DNA of 64,000 nt. Origin: Felis catus (Eukaryota). This document shows, piece by piece, positions 62,577-64,000 of this stretch. The translations under genes were made by a program, and so were the position numbers. The DNA lies in the NCBI RefSeq assembly GCF_018350175.1, contig NC_058369.1, positions 19,346,001 to 19,410,000 of the forward strand. The letters are read 5' to 3'. A model generated the notes under the pieces. That model saw only the letters and a program-made list of their open reading frames with translations. It did not search any database and was not told the origin of the DNA. The first letter of the stretch is position 1, and every line of letters starts with the position of its first letter.

Positions 62577-63299
62577 AAGAATGAGGAACCATCCTCCAGG
62601 ACACAGTACCCACCCTAAATCTATGAGCATTATAAGTGCCAGGTCCCTAATAGGCAAGAATACATAGGTCTAGGGACCAAGAGGTAGAGAAGTAAGAGTG
62701 GTTTCACTTCCCTCGCACCCAGTCTCCTCTTGGGGGAATTCTGGCTTCCAATCACTTGGATTTTAGGCTCTGTGATTCTACAAGTCCTGGTTCCCAGACA
62801 GGGAATGTTTTCACAGGTGACACGGTGGGAATCTTGTTTTGAGTTTCAGCTGCTAGCCGGTCACTTCAGACCCCTAAGGCCAGGAGAGCAGCAGTCATGG
62901 AAAGGTAACTGATTCTTATTATCAGGAGATGCTGGGACAGGGAAAAATACGTCTGACACCCAGTGCTATGGCCTCTTTGTACTCCTGCCTCACTGCAATG
63001 AAGGATGAACAAGTGCATAAGCTTCTTGAGAAGGGCCTGAGAAGGGCATAGTGGAGCTCAGACGCAGCAGGAATGAGGGTCTGGGCCAGGGTGAGGGGAA
63101 TCTAGGGTGAGTGGGGAGGGAGAAAGAGGCTGCATACCAACTGTGGCTTTTATGTTGGAAGGCAGAGCTCATCTTGCTATTCTTCCTCTTCTAAGTTTCC
63201 CAGGTAAAGGGACCAACCAGCATTCTGGAGCAACTGAGTTTCCACAGGGGGAAAACTTATTATATGAAGCAAGGGGTCCAAGTGACTCAAGAGGTGGGC

Positions 63300-63730
63300 T
63301 GTTGTAGATACTGCTGAAGGTCCCCTATCAGGATGAGCTCTCATTCCCCAATTGCCAGATGATGAAGGCCCACAGCTGAGTCTATGTGAGACTCTCCTCT
63401 GGCTGAAGGGAGCCACTTCATCCATGGTCATGCACCCTCCCCAGTAGCAGCCTACATCCAGGGGTAGGGTTGTGCAGAGTACAAAGGTTAGGACCCCTGG
63501 CTTCAATTTAAGACATCTCGAAAGAGCCATCCCAGCCCCAGAGCTCCCCATGGGGCAGGTTGAGACCTCCATTCAACTGCATGTGGTCAGCTTCTCTACC
63601 TGCCCAGTTTGGTTCCATATATCCCCTTACAAGTATGGTTCCTCAGAGCACCCCCACCCCCCACAATTAATCTTCTGTTTGTAAATCTTAGTGTCTCAGA
63701 GCCTGTTTCCCAGGAACATGACCCAAAACA
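63300..63730 (+). repeat. 3' LTR (LTR16-like)
   Basis: Starts TGT right after the PPT; ends tctcagagcctgtttcccaggaacatgacccaaaaca (TG...CA). Confidence 0.75.
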
Positions 63731-63884
63731 GAGCGCCCAGGCTGTCTGCCCCCATCAGTGTCAAATCCTGGGCCAGCCTGCAGAGGCTCAAGAAATCCCT
63801 GCCACAAGCAGCTACTGGACCTCCAACCCCCAGACCTGTCTTCACAGCCCCAACCCCACGTTGAGGCCCCACCCCCTTCAGGGA

Positions 63885-63995
63885 GGTATGATTATGAGGC
63901 CCTTTTACGGGTGAAACCAAAGCTCTAGAGGGGAACTAGCTTGTCCAAGGTCCCAGAGCTAGAAAGGGGCTAATTGGAGTTTGAACACCTGTCTA
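63885..63995 (-). mobile_element. MIR relic
   Basis: ttttacgggtgaaaccaaagctctagag...cttgtccaaggtcccagagctag...gtttgaacacc. Confidence 0.55.
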
Positions 63996-64000
63996 TCTGA

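Larger units (their letters stand above)
58196..63730 (+). mobile_element. Decayed ERV-L (class III; LTR16/ERV3-16A3-like) provirus with both LTRs
   Basis: 5' LTR ~58196-58592, tRNA-Leu-like PBS 58595-58609, gag remnant, RT-connection/RNaseH/integrase remnants, PPT caagaggtgggc, and 3' LTR 63300-63730. Confidence 0.85.

Overview
Mammalian genomic DNA, most likely a felid/feliform carnivore judging by abundant SINEC_Fc-type Can-SINEs. The window lies inside CACNA2D2 (voltage-gated Ca channel alpha2delta-2) on the minus strand. It holds only two small coding exons: 40741-40857 ([39 protein letters not shown]) and 1419-1478 ([20 protein letters not shown]). They are joined by a 39,262-nt GT-AG intron, and the remaining ~23 kb is the upstream intron. 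Nearly all listed ORFs are chance ORFs in GC-rich or repetitive intronic DNA. The non-coding landscape includes Can-SINEs (with TSDs; one triple-nested and one double-nested), L1 3' fragments, MIR/L2 relics, MER20 and MER5-like DNA transposons, and an ancient decayed two-LTR ERV-L provirus (~58196-63730). Several non-repetitive motif-dense islands look like enhancers or silencers: a near-consensus REST/RE1 site, a perfect CTCF core, and homeodomain and POU clusters. There is also a candidate cryptic/poison exon at 8969-8994. I found no evidence of a new multi-gene system; the interesting signals are regulatory, splicing and transposon-history features. All need comparative or experimental confirmation. 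Repeat family names and motif consensus sequences are recalled from memory, not from a database search.
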